64,000 bases of DNA from Asterias rubens (taxonomy: Eukaryota), in NCBI RefSeq assembly GCF_902459465.1, contig NC_047071.1:5456001-5520000 (forward strand). The letters run 5' to 3'. Numbering within the stretch: position 1 is the stretch's first letter; each line of letters begins with the position of its first letter. Below the pieces are notes generated by a model. The model made no database searches. It had not been told where the DNA came from and saw only the letters and a program-made list of their open reading frames with translations. Made by a program: the position numbers and the translations under genes. Positions 35,944 to 48,040 of this stretch are shown piece after piece.

Positions 35944-38430
35944 TTAACTATTTTGATCTTATAATATCACCCTCCAATTTATTAATTTATTGGTTTGTTT
36001 GCTGCAAGTTTTTGTTTGTATAATAAACTCCATGAGCAGTTTGATGAACACTAATTGGTAGTTACTCATAATACTTGTTAACTAACTGGCATAAAAACTT
36101 ACTTGGTAAAAAGCAACAGAGAATTTTAACAGAGAATTTTTGATAGTATAAAACAGTTGTATATTAAACATTGTGAGAATTGGTTTTGAGACCTCAGATT
36201 TAAATCTTTAGATCCCGAAATCATGCACTTTAAAGCATACAAATGCATATTACAAGGGTGTTTTTTCTTACATTATTATCTCGCTACTTCGACGACCATT
36301 TGAGTCAAAATTATCACAGGTTTGTTATTTTGTGCTGCATTTGTTGGTATATACAGGTGAGAAGCCTGGTCTTTTACAATAATTAAAGTGTATTCAAAAG
36401 TTGATATATTATTATTGTTGTCTTAAACAGCAACAAATTATGCTTCAAGTAAGAAATGAGTACATAAATCAACACTCTGGTTGGAACAATAAAAAAAAAT
36501 TATTTTAATACCAAGTCATCAAAAAGTGTAATGCGACTAACCCGTAATGCGACAGACCATGCAATGTAATGCGACTGACCAAATCTTTTTTTCAAGAGGA
36601 GGATGCAAAGAGGTCAGCAAGGCTGGATTATCTACAGTAACTTATGACTTACTAGAAGACAATTATCTAAGAGATCTGGGGCTCTCTGCATAATATATGC
36701 CACTCATGCCCACCCCACCATGCATTTTTCGCAAAGCAAATGCTAAAAACTGTAAGTTGTACATGTGCTATTCCAATCTGTACTTCTAGTTTCATCATTT
36801 GTAAGCGTCTTTATGTTATAATATGAAATAAAATATAAAAAAAAAACAATATGGCTGAGATTTCTTTGGGGTAAAAAAGGTGAAGTAATGGCATTGAAAT
36901 TAACTACTCTCCACGCTGAAAAAGCAGAAATGATATGCTGACAAACTGAAAGTACAAGGATTATAAAGAGATCACAGACACGTCACCTGCCAAAAGGGCA
37001 AACAAAAGCAAACAGCTGATGTCCTCTTGCCTCCATTTACAAAGTGCTGCATTACAAATCAGGGTAGCAATGTAAGGGTAGCAATGCATGGTCGAGTCAG
37101 TGGTGTGTGGTGTAATTATGCAGTGAAATGTATCCAGGTAAAGTGAAAGGGATGGGTGCTCTAAAGTCAAAGAGATGGTTGTCATGTGATCATGTTTTGT
37201 GTGTGTTATAATTATATACTTTTTACGAACCATGTAACATACAAATTGTTTGTTGCATTGAAGAACCTGTGATAACAAACAACTCGGGCCTTTTTGAATT
37301 TACGGGCCACTTTTAATAGTAACCACAATTTTGAAGTTTCAGGGTACATTATGTTAAAATAAATGCATGTAAGTCACTGTAAATCTGCAAATTAATTTTT
37401 GTTCAATTACATACAGCAAGATGTTCAATGCAATACTCTGAATATAACGTTGATCAGTCAAATGTGAAATCCTAATACTTCTGAAAAATGTAAAATTTGT
37501 AAACTTTTACATCGAAAAACACATTTCAGCCGTGTTTCTATGATTTTTAAGAGACAATAATGTGATTTTAGTAGTCAAAACCAGTAAAATCAATTTATTT
37601 AACTTGTTGATAATGAATGAATCCAATATTGACAAATAACTCCAGTTGGGAACTGTGATGCGGCTGACCATGGTTTTACCATGTAGGCCTATACATAAAA
37701 TTATAAGTTGCTGCTTCCTGTAATATATTCATTAGAGTTGTGTATTACATACTTGAAGTAAACCCCTTGCATTTTTCTTTAGTTTGAGGAAACTTTTGGA
37801 TTGTGACAAGTGTAATTTTACCATGTCATTTTTGTGTATTGCGACTGACCGCTTTTACAACGTTATAACATCCAGAGCACAAAGCCCACAACGTTTCTAG
37901 TATCATCAATTTAGAGAGCCTTGGGTTTCAAGTACAAATCAATCTATAAACTTAATGGAAAGAATATCTTACCAAGAACTACTTACTAGCACAAAGATCA
38001 AGAAATTGCACAGAAAAGTGTAATCTGACTATAATTTTAAACGTGATGACCATTGGATTAGTATTTTGGACACAATGGTTGAGTTTCAAATAAAGGCCTA
38101 CTGGCATCTTAATTATTTTGAGAATTGAGTGCATAGATTGAAGACTGATGAATAGTTTTGCCTGACAATTGAGAAATCAAAGAATACAAAAAGGTAATTT
38201 CTGTATTAAAAAAAGGAAAAGACAAAAAAAGACCCTCTATGTCTACAGTTGCAAAGCTCGCTGGTTCTAATCACACTCACCAGTGATTTGCCTGTGATTT
38301 TGAAGAAAACAATAAGACATCGGTGTAAGGGTAAAGGCAAACATTTTTTTTTTAAAGCCATTATACACTTTCGGTAAACAGTATTGTCCAAGTCCCACAC
38401 TTCGTGTATCACAACTTATACATAAAATAA

Positions 38431-38555
38431 TGAATAGGGTAGGTGGCCTTAGCTTTCGATCCAAACCGGACCTTCTTCAGAGGCATAACACAAGTACAAA
38501 CAAATACATATCCATTTTTAGAAAAAGAGAGGGGAAAGGGATTAAGGGAAGGATC
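38431..38555 (-). mobile_element. Short Penelope-like insertion with 10-bp target duplication
   Basis: CATAAAATAA at 38421-30 and 38556-65; the family copy at ~45680 lacks the insert; carries a hammerhead motif. Confidence 0.7.
38446..38484 (-). ncRNA. Minimal type-I hammerhead ribozyme
   Basis: GCCT CTGAAGA A GGTCC-GGTTT-GGATC GAAA GC T A AGGC: stem I 4 bp, stem II 5 bp, palindromic AGCT stem III. Confidence 0.72.
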
Positions 38556-39344
38556 CATAAAATAACAAACCTGTGAAAATTTAGGCTCAATCGGTCATCG
38601 GAGTCGGGAGAAAATAACAGGAAAACTCACTCTTGTTTCCGCGCGTTTCGCCGTGTCATGACTAGTGTTTACTATAAATCCGTAATTCTCGCTATCGAGA
38701 ATTTATATTGTTTTAACGTTTTCTCAAAAAGTAAAGTCTTTCACCAATACCTTCTGTAAACCCTGTGAATTATTTGTAAATCTGTGAACTTTTTTTTTCT
38801 GTACCGAAAGTGTATAATGGCTTTAAATCCAAAGATTAAAAATTAACATCTATTAAAAATGCCATCGTTGAAATCGAAATTCATTTATGAAAGATAAAAC
38901 ATTAATCAACAGATTTTTACTGGGGTCTCTACCTAATTTTTGGGGACTAAAACAATAGATTTATGAAGGCAAAAACTAAGGTGCATGATGTGATCAAAGC
39001 CTACAAACGTAAGCATGTCAACCCATATCATACAAGTTAAACTCGGGCAGTACAAGCTTGATGACCAAACCATACCAAAGGCACTCACTTACTGTTTGTT
39101 TAGACATGGAGGTAAACATGTCAATGATTTTTGTGTGCAGCTTCAATTACCCACAACAATGTTTCTGTATAGGCACCATACATACAGTCTGGTATGAATC
39201 ATGCAACTTAAAAGAGTTTACTTTATGTCTCGACTGGTCATTTTGTCAGTAGACTACATGAAGCCAATTCAACAACACTGTGGAACAAACAAACACACAT
39301 TTTTTGTGGTAACAAACACACATTTTTACTAGATAGTGTCTTAT

Positions 39345-39624
39345 TGTTCACAGATTTACAAATAATTTACAAGGTTTACAGAAGGTAATGGTAAATGACT
39401 TCTCTTGAAATATTATTCCATGAAATGCTTTAAACATTAAAACAATATCAATTCTCGTTAGAGAAACGCGCGGAAACAAGAGTGGGTTTTCCCGTTATTT
39501 TCTCCCGACTCCGATGACCGATTGAGCCTAACTTTTGACAGGTTTGTTTTTATACAATAAGTTGTGAAACACGAAGTGTGGGACTTGGACAATACTGTTT
39601 ACCGAAAGTGTATAATGGCTTTAA
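39345..39624 (-). mobile_element. TTAA element family 3, reverse orientation, truncated
   Basis: Ends TACCGAAAGTGTATAATGGCT|TTAA; inverted relative to the 38352 copy. Confidence 0.8.
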
Positions 39625-40100
39625 ATAACCACATGGATACATTTCTATTGATCATTATATCACCTGAATCATTTCTATTCAAATCTGCGCCCATAGATTT
39701 AACCTTTCCTTATGTTGTATTACTTGTCAATTTTGTTTAGCTGAATCATCCGTCGTTATTTTGTGTCGTGCGTTCTATCACTGGACTGGAAAATGTTGGT
39801 GATACAAGATGTGTCGAATGAGCCACAGAACGGCAATCACAGTGTACATGTATGCATTGCCTGCACGGCGGTGCTCGGGAAGATCGGGGCTCCGTGGTGA
39901 CAGGATTTAAACAATTTATAACACGTCACATTTTGCTTGCGATATCGGTTGGTATAATCACTAGGCTGTCGCAAATTGTTAAACAAGTAATGCCAGTGTC
40001 ATAAGAATATTTTTTATAATTCGAAGTGTTTATCTAATAACAAAATACAAATAACAAATAAAAAAGGTATACTGTTCCCCAAAAAACAAAGCAGTCTGCT

Positions 40101-40507
40101 TTAAAGGTTGTGGACACTCAGATTAATAATTGCTCAAAATAATTATTGGCACAAAACCTTACTTGGTAACGAGTATAAATGGGGAGAGGTTGATAGTTCA
40201 AAACATTGTGAGAAACGGCTCCCTCTAAAGTGACATAGTTTTTCGTGGATGAAGTAATTTCCAACAAATTTGATTTAGAGACCTCAGATTTAGAATTTGA
40301 GGTCTCGAAATCAAGCATCTGAGAGCACACAATTTTCGTGTGACAAGGGTGTTTTTTTCTTTTATAGTTATCTCGCAACTTTGACGACCAATTGAGGACC
40401 AATTGAGCTCAAAATTTGACAGGTTTGGTATTTTATGCATTATGTTAAGATACACCAAGTGAGAAGACTGGTCTTTGAAAATTGCCAATAGTGTCAAATG
40501 TCTTTAA
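40101..40507 (-). mobile_element. TTAA element family 2
   Basis: TTAA|AGGTTGTGGACAC ... GTGTCAAATGTCT|TTAA with the shared core reversed. Confidence 0.8.
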
Positions 40508-41042
40508 ACAATAAGTTCAAATTATGTTCTGCAATAAAGATCTGCAATATTAAAAATTAAATGCCATCTCCAAAGGCAAACTCTTTTGTTTTTATTTATT
40601 TTGGGCGACACATTAGCAGGGCCGAATTTCAACAGCTGCTTGACCAGCACCAAAAAAGCTATATAGGCCTACACAAAAACAATTAGGCTAACCAAAATAA
40701 GATTAACAGCCAACCGGCAAAGTACAATTTCACATTGTACTTATTTTGATAATAAGCATAAATATTGTTTAATAACCAGCTTTTTTAACTTGTGACTTGT
40801 GCTTTCAACGTAAATAAAATTTGCTCGAGCAAAACAACACTCACACCCGAGCGAGCCATCAGTCTTTTTCTTCAGAAAAATATAAGGAAACTAACAAAAG
40901 TGAGAGAGGGCGCGATGGAATAAGAAAGAAATGAAAAAAAATATTTTAAAAAGCATGTAAAACTGTGCAATGATCAATGACCTGAATCCCATGTGAAGTA
41001 GAGAGTTTGTCATTCATAGATAACCCATCCCCGCCCGGCGTT

Positions 41043-41415
41043 TTAAAGATGATATGTCAGATTTTTGGCCCCAACAAATTAATTTTGTTGGAGTGAATGG
41101 TAGTTCAAAGAGTATCACCCGCTCTAACGAAAAACAGTTTAACTTTTACTTTTAATGGTCAGGAACCATGACAAAAATTTGAAACGTTTCTTATAAAACA
41201 CATAAGAATTGGTCACGTGATAAATTGTCGAGATCCCGACAAAAACTAATTTTGAGCACTTTATTTCACTGCTCCTGATAATTGGCGGACTTTTTTTTCG
41301 AGCAATGGCTTAAATGAAAGCTTGTAACTTTCTCGACCCCCATCAAAATACCTATTGAATTTTAAATCAAAATTTTTGGGTCAAATCAGCATAAAATCTG
41401 ACATAGCATCTCTAA
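41043..41415. mobile_element. TTAA element, further family (AGATG.TATGTCAGATTTT TIRs)
   Basis: TTAA|AGATGATATGTCAGATTTT ... AAAATCTGACATAGCATCT|CTAA. Confidence 0.6.
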
Positions 41416-41746
41416 TCTGAACAATAATATTGCCATCACACTGCACTTCAACAGTTGTGACTTTGCAATCAAGCACATACCGTAATTATTTCGAATCCCT
41501 AACTTTACGCTGTGAGTGAATTTCTGGGGGCACTTGGCTTCAAATCACTATGATACTATATCAAAGTATAGACCGTGCCCGTGGTCGGTAAGTGGTGCTG
41601 TAAGTTGTTAAACCCGCGCTTTCAATTTGTAATACATTTTGGAATGCTTGCAATTTGTAATACATTTGGAATAAGCTGGCAATGATAATAACCGCATTGT
41701 CAAAAAAAAAATGTGCCAACTGGAACTGTGTCGTATCAAAACAACG

Positions 41747-42116
41747 TTAAAGGCAGTGTACACTATTGGTGGTAATCTCTCAAAACAATTATCAGCATAA
41801 AACCTTTTTTGGTGACGAGTAAATGGGGAGAGGTTGATAGTATAAAACATTGTGAGAAACGGCTCCCTCTGAAGTGACGTAGTTTTCGAGAAGGAAGTAA
41901 TTTTCCACGAATTTGATTTCGAGACCTCAGAACTTGAGGTATCGAATTCAACCATCTATTAACGCACACAACTTCGTGAGACAAGGGTGTTTTTTTCTTT
42001 CATTATTACCTCGGAAGTTCGAGGACCAATTGAGCTTAAATTTTCACAGGTTTGTTTATGTATAATGTTAAAATACACCAACTGTGACAATTACCGATAG
42101 TGTCCATTGCCTTTAA
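41747..42116 (-). mobile_element. TTAA element family 2
   Basis: TTAA|AGGCAGTGTACAC ... GTGTCCATTGCCT|TTAA. Confidence 0.85.
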
Positions 42117-44792
42117 ACAACTTCAGTAATATTATTATTTAGCCGCTGACATTGTTTTCCATCAATCATTTTTTTAAATTAATAATAGGCCCTAATGGCA
42201 TTTTGTAACTATATATATTCTGAAATTATATGAATCAGGAATAATATCATCATTTCTTTACAAACGAGCGAGTAACACAAAACACTTCAAATTTGAATGA
42301 TTTATGATACACTTACCGACACAGCTAGCCCGCATGATGTGATACAATATCGGTACATGATGAGGATTCACACCAAAACAATAATAATGATCATAATATT
42401 TATGCAAAAACCAACTACACTCTTCAATATTTTGAAAATTATACCCATACGTACGTACGTGGCACACACGTTTGAATTTCCGCATATGTTGCGCGTTTGC
42501 GTTTACCAACGACGTATATTAATTTTTTGTTTGAAGTGCGCGTGCTTATACGCCATAATGCGTTTTAAATGAAGCGCGCATAAAATTATAATACGTCCGG
42601 GTGCGTCCCACGCGAGAGCGCGCTGATTTTCGCGCAGTAATGCCCCATGGATGCTCATTCAGTGATCATCAGTACCGTGGAGTGGGTGAAACCGTCAACC
42701 ACTCACTCGGGTTAATTTAGAGAAAGACAAAATAATTATGCGCCTCATTTCAAACTCGACAATCACGTTGGATGAGTGAGTGAGTATGCCATTGCCGCCG
42801 TCATAGGGGCATATGAGGGCCGAACGCATTTAAGTATATAATATAATCAATCGCCATCCTCCAAAAAGGTAATAAGTTTTTTATAAGGACTACATTCCCC
42901 GAACTTCAAAGAACAGGAAAACAATTGCCATGTTTACGACCGTGGCTATTTTGATGTCAGACAAACAACAACAACATTGCGGGTCGAATGGCATGCCAGG
43001 GCATGTTGCGGCGCGGTGGAAGCATGGAAGCGAACAGCTTATGAAAGGAAGTTTTGGGGTATAGGGAAAATACATTGATCCAAACTACATTTCATTTGAT
43101 ATGGGGTCATTATTGAGGATTTTTTATTATTTACATTTATCAGTCTGAGTAAGTGCCCACCCGACTGCAGAGAAAACCACCACAAGTGACGATCTATAAA
43201 AAAGGGGACAATGTCAGACAGATATTTTTTTATTTTCATGTAGTGCAGAAACAACACCGGGCGATAGGAACTGTCCGTTGCCTGGATATGCCTCTTGGGA
43301 AAAGGGCACATCATGGCTTTGAAATATTTAGGTACATTTGTGGTTTATAAGACCCAAAGCCAGTCATTTACACACACAAAAAAAAAAACCACAAAAAACG
43401 TTGCCGTTCCGTTTTGTTTTCAAGTTCGCCTGGTTCTACTTTTGTAAAACTACAAAAAAGCGTTTGCATTTCCTGAGGCTTTATTTATACCAAACGAAAG
43501 CGAACACTTCTAATGATAGGCTTTCTCGTTTGAGCAAAAAAACAATGGCGGTAGTATATTGACAATGCACAGAGCACTGCGGTTTCAAAACTAGTTCCCG
43601 CCGGATCGCCATTGCTCAAACACCAAGGTACTTTGTGAGCATCCAGGGTCCTTGAATTATGTTAACAAAGGGGGTGTCCATTTTGAAGTATAGGGGTGTT
43701 GTGGGGAACAAATTTAATTTATAAAACTTATAAATCATGATAACGAAAAGAAAAAAAAGGTATTTCCATGGTAATTCCTCCAAAGAGATCACTTATTAAT
43801 CACAATTGTTTCAAACCTTCTTTCTATAATTGGTATACCACTGGTAATAAAACATTCGCTGGTGTTAAGCCGGTCCCTGCATACAGCCTGCAAATCGCCC
43901 ACCCAGCCCATTTTTTCAGCCTGCAAAAACGCACGTGCGTTTTGTACACACAGTAGATATGATGCAGGCACGAGTCGAGTCGAGTAGTCAGATGCCATTC
44001 TTGGATTGCTCGCCGTAAGTTAGTGCGCGTATGCGGTGTTGCCCTTAAAAGTACGCGGATGTCGGGGGCTAGAAGAACGAAAGAACAACCTTCTATACTT
44101 CCACTTCATGTTGTAGATGGTAAGTCAACATTTATATACATAAAAATATCGCTGACAATCAATTAAAATAAATTTTGGTTTATTGTTTTACAACAACGAG
44201 AACAAAACAACTGAGTGTAATGGCATACACGTCGTCATACGAAAAAACGGGAGCGACCCCATTGCTGGCTGCGTGCTGGTGGGAACTCCCGAGTCGATGA
44301 GCGGGGGAAGACCGCGACACGAAACCTGCCGGGTTTCCGGTGCAGCAACCAACGCTGGGTTTGCAATACTAATTTGCCGTGCATGCTTATTTTCATGGCA
44401 GTTTGTTTAATTCATTGGTTGCAACTTCATCAATGGAAGACGATGTTGTTTGTACTCTGTTCATAATATTAATAGCGTGCGGTCCGGCAACTCAAAATAA
44501 TTGTTAGCATAAATCCTTACTTGGTAATGAGTAATGGGGAGAGGTTTATAGTATACAACTTTGTGAGAAACGGCTCCCTCTGAAGTGACGTAGTTTACGT
44601 ACGAGAAAGAAGTAATTTTCCACGAATTTGATTGAGAGACCACCAGGTCAGTCTTTTTCCATTGGCATTTTTTCATTAAGATTGACAGCTTGGTAAGAAC
44701 ATTCACAATGAATAAATTCAGATACGAAGAAACAAATAGTTTTATGTCAAGGGCTACTTTGGTCTCAAGTTTTCAACTATTAATATTAAACG

Positions 44793-45295
44793 TATAATAG
44801 ATGTTAAATTTGCATTGGGGATAAAGAATATTAATTTTGGTTTTTACCTATACACCGATGTGTGTTAGCACTGTATACTCAGTACTTTCCCGAGTCCTGT
44901 GAAAAAAATATCACAGGCATGTTACTCGGGTGGGATTCGAACCCACGACCCTTGCAATTCTAGAGCAGTGTCTTACCAACTAGACTACCGAGGTTGCCCG
45001 GCAGCTAGAGGCAGGTCGAATCCTATGTTTTGGCAGCGGGTACCGCAACGATATAATAGATGTTAAATTTGCATCGGGGATAAAGAATATTAATTTTGGT
45101 TTTTACCCATACACCGATGTGTGTTAGCACTGTATACTCAGTACTTTCCCCCGAGTCCTGTGAAAAAATATCACAGGCATGTTACTCTGGTGGGATTCGA
45201 ACCCACGACCCTTGCAATTCTAGAGCAGTGTCTTACCAACTAGACTACCGAGGTTGCCCGGCAGCTAGAGGCAGTTCGGGAAAGTACTGAGTGTA
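44793..45295. repeat. ~260-bp tandem duplication, each unit with a tRNA-like module; closed by a 17-bp inverted repeat
   Basis: Units start at 44793 and 45052; tRNA-like segments on the minus strand at 44925-44992 and 45185-45252; ACTCAGTACTTTCCCGA is inverted at ~45276-45292. Confidence 0.85.
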
Positions 45296-45613
45296 TGTCT
45301 AAAAAATAGATAAAGTTGTTTGGGGGAAAAATATTTGTAATAAAATATTATTTGTTCCGACGAAATTGGAGCATTAACATAATTCTACAAATTAAAATGT
45401 GTTTTCGTCAATACCAATACCCTAATGTTTTGGCCAGTGTAATAGGAAACACACACATTATATATTATTTTGTTTGGCCTAAGTAAAATTAAAATTGGCA
45501 CAATGGGAACAATGGGATTGCTGGACAAATAAATTCAATGTCATTATCTGGATGGATAGCAGTTTGTGGTAAACTTGTGAAGAATTGAGTTTCTTAGGTG
45601 TTGAATACATGAT

Positions 45614-45964
45614 TTAAAGCCATTGGACACTTTTGGTAAACAGTAAATGTCCAAGGCCCACACTTTGTGTATCACAACTTATATATAAATTAACAAACCT
45701 GTGAAAATTTAGGCTCAATCGCTCATCTGAATCGGCAGAAAATAATGTGAAAACCCACCCTTGTTTCCGCACGTTTCGCCGTGTCATGACATGTGTTTAA
45801 AATAAATATGTAATTCTCGATATCAAGAATTGATTGTTTTAATGTTTTCTCAAAAAGGGAAGCATTTCAATTAAATTTCAAGAGAAGTCTTTCACCGTTA
45901 CCATCTGTAAACCCTGTAAGTTATTTGTAAACCTGTGAACTTTTTATTTTGTTTCTGTACCAAA
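45614..45964 (+). mobile_element. TTAA element family 3 lacking the last ~14 bp of its right TIR
   Basis: TTAA|AGCCATTGGACACTTTTGGTA start; ends CTGTACCAAA, then unrelated sequence. Confidence 0.8.
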
Positions 45965-46013
45965 CGGTTTGTTTGATTTTGTGATAACTTTTGCAGTAGT
46001 TAAGAAACTAACC

Positions 46014-46394
46014 ATGGATGAAGAGTGGCTGGTTAAAATCGCTGCAGCAATTGCAAAGAAAGTCGGACATGACTCGTACACAGGATGTGATATTTGGCAG
46101 GGCTATGCAAAGAGGAGAATGGGAAGGGCAAGGGCGTATGGATATGGCATCATGAATGTTAAATTTCCACACCGAGATTCACGCACAATGATGCGTGTAC
46201 ATCGGTTGGTGTACATTGTACATACTAGAAGTTTAATATCCCGGCAGTATGATGTTAGCCACCTATGCCACAATTCATTGTGCGTGAATTTCCACCATCT
46301 CTCCCTGGAGCCACATTCCGTCAACAATTCCCGTAAAACGTGCAGGCGGCGCAAGCATTGCATGGGCCATGGAGATTATAAAAACTGCCTGTAA
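46014..46394 (+). CDS. His-Cys-box / His-Me finger endonuclease-like protein (126 aa)
   Basis: ACCATGG start context; GCDIWQG, YGYG, VHRL, SHLCHNSLCVN.HHL..E..SVN.SR..C.....C.GH.....C, matching the I-PpoI-type catalytic and zinc-binding pattern. Confidence 0.8.
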   Translation: MDEEWLVKIAAAIAKKVGHDSYTGCDIWQGYAKRRMGRARAYGYGIMNVKFPHRDSRTMMRVHRLVYIVHTRSLISRQYDVSHLCHNSLCVNFHHLSLEPHSVNNSRKTCRRRKHCMGHGDYKNCL

Positions 46395-46591
46395 ACTTGT
46401 TGTGAGTTACATGTAATTAGTTTTCCAAAACCTAACCAAATCCAAGTCCCAACCCATTCCCAAACCCTGACCTAAACCCAAACCCTACCCTAACCCTACA
46501 AGGTACATGTAGCTCCAGTCATACCCATTTCTAATCATAACCCAAATAATTATGTTCATATCAAGTGAGTTTTGAATACATTCTAATAATA

Positions 46592-47576
46592 TTAAAGGAA
46601 CAAGTTGCCTTGGATCGGACGAGTTGGTCTATAAAAAGCGTTTGTAACTGTTTTTTATCAAATGCATATGGTTGGAAAGATGTTTTTAAAGTAGAATACA
46701 ATGATCCACACAAGTTTGCCTCGCAATTGCGTGGTTTTCCTTTTACTGTGCGAACTAACACAGTTGGCCATTTATTGGGGTCAAGTTTTTGTCCGTGTTA
46801 GTCGACGAGGTAAAAGGAAAACCGTGCAGTTTCGAGGACTGTTGTGTGGATCATTGTATTCTACTTTTACAACATCTTTCTACACATCTTTCTATCCACA
46901 CAAGTATCACTCAAAATTGCACTGTTTTCCTTTAACGTCGTTAAAGGAACACGTTGCCTTAGATCGGACGAGTGAGTTGGTCTATGAAAAAGCGTTTGTA
47001 ACCGTTTGTTATGAAAAGCATATGGTTAGAAAGATTTTTTTAAAGTAGAATACAATGATCCACACAAACATGCCTCGAAATTGCACGGTTTTCCTTTTAT
47101 TTTGCGAAATAACACGGTCGCCCATTTATGGGAGTCAAAAATTTGACTCCCATAAATGGCCGACCGTGTTTGTCGACGAGGTAAAAGGAAAACCGTGCAA
47201 TTTCGAGGCATGTTTGTGTGGATCATTGTATTCTACTTTTACAACATCTTTCTACCCATATGCATTTTATAACAAACGGTTACAAACACTTTTCAAAGAC
47301 CAACTCGACCGATCCAAGGCAACGTGTTCCTTTAACTAAAGCGTTCGGCCATTTTATGGAGTCAAAATTTTGACTCCACAAAATGGCCGACTGTGTTTCT
47401 TTGAGACGTAACAGGAAAGCCATGCAGTTTAGAGGCATGTTTACTTGTGGATCATTCTATTCTACTTTTAAATTATCTATCTAACCAATTGCATTTCATA
47501 ACACACCAATCCAAGTGCCTTTCAAAGTCTAACTCGACCGATATAAGGCGAGATATAAGGCAACGTATTCCTTTAA
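46592..47576. mobile_element. Nested cluster of three family-1 foldback MITEs
   Basis: Copy A 46592-~46880 (truncated); copy C 46941-47335 complete with TTAA duplication, inserted into older copy B (~46885-46940 plus 47336-47576). Confidence 0.8.
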
Positions 47577-47941
47577 CTCCTGCACAACAATCGCTGCAAA
47601 AACAGCCCTGTCATGTCAGAATTTGCATTGCATTCGCAGCAAGTTTGAACTTGGCTCAAGGATCTAGTAGCCCAGTTTGATAAGAATGATACAAGTTGTT
47701 CTTGCAAGTTTTTTCTCACTTTGAAGTGTGGTTTAGCTTTACATTATGCTGGTCTCGTTCCAGTTGTTTAAAAACATTTTTTTATGCAAGTCGCCAGACA
47801 TACAAGGTCTGAAGACCATTTCAAGGTGTGGGCTACCAATAATTTTTTTTCAAGAGCCCGCCCTTTTTTTGGCACCTACTCCGAGGGCTGAAACAGGCTT
47901 GGGTATCAGTAGAGCAGAAAGCACTACCTCCCAAATTTTAC

Positions 47942-48040
47942 GTAGCAAGTGTCACGACCGGGATTCGAACCCACACTCTGCTGATCAAACACCAGAGCTT
48001 GATTCCGGTACCCTTGACCGCCAGGCCATGACACGCCACA
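47942..48040 (-). mobile_element. tRNA-derived SINE, 5' part
   Basis: Minus strand GTGTCATGGCC.GGCGGT ... GTGGGTTCGAATCCCGGTCGTGACACTTG. Confidence 0.75.

Larger units (their letters stand above)
38352..38826 (+). mobile_element. TTAA element family 3 (TTAA|AGCCATTATACACTTTCGGTA...), interrupted
   Basis: ~21-bp TIRs with TTAA at both ends; 125-bp insertion at 38431-38555. Confidence 0.85.

Noticed and set aside
46430-46500. Telomere-like (CCCTAA) tract after the nuclease ORF
   Set aside because: Only 2-3 near-perfect units in a degenerate C/A-rich run; insufficient for an interstitial telomere call.
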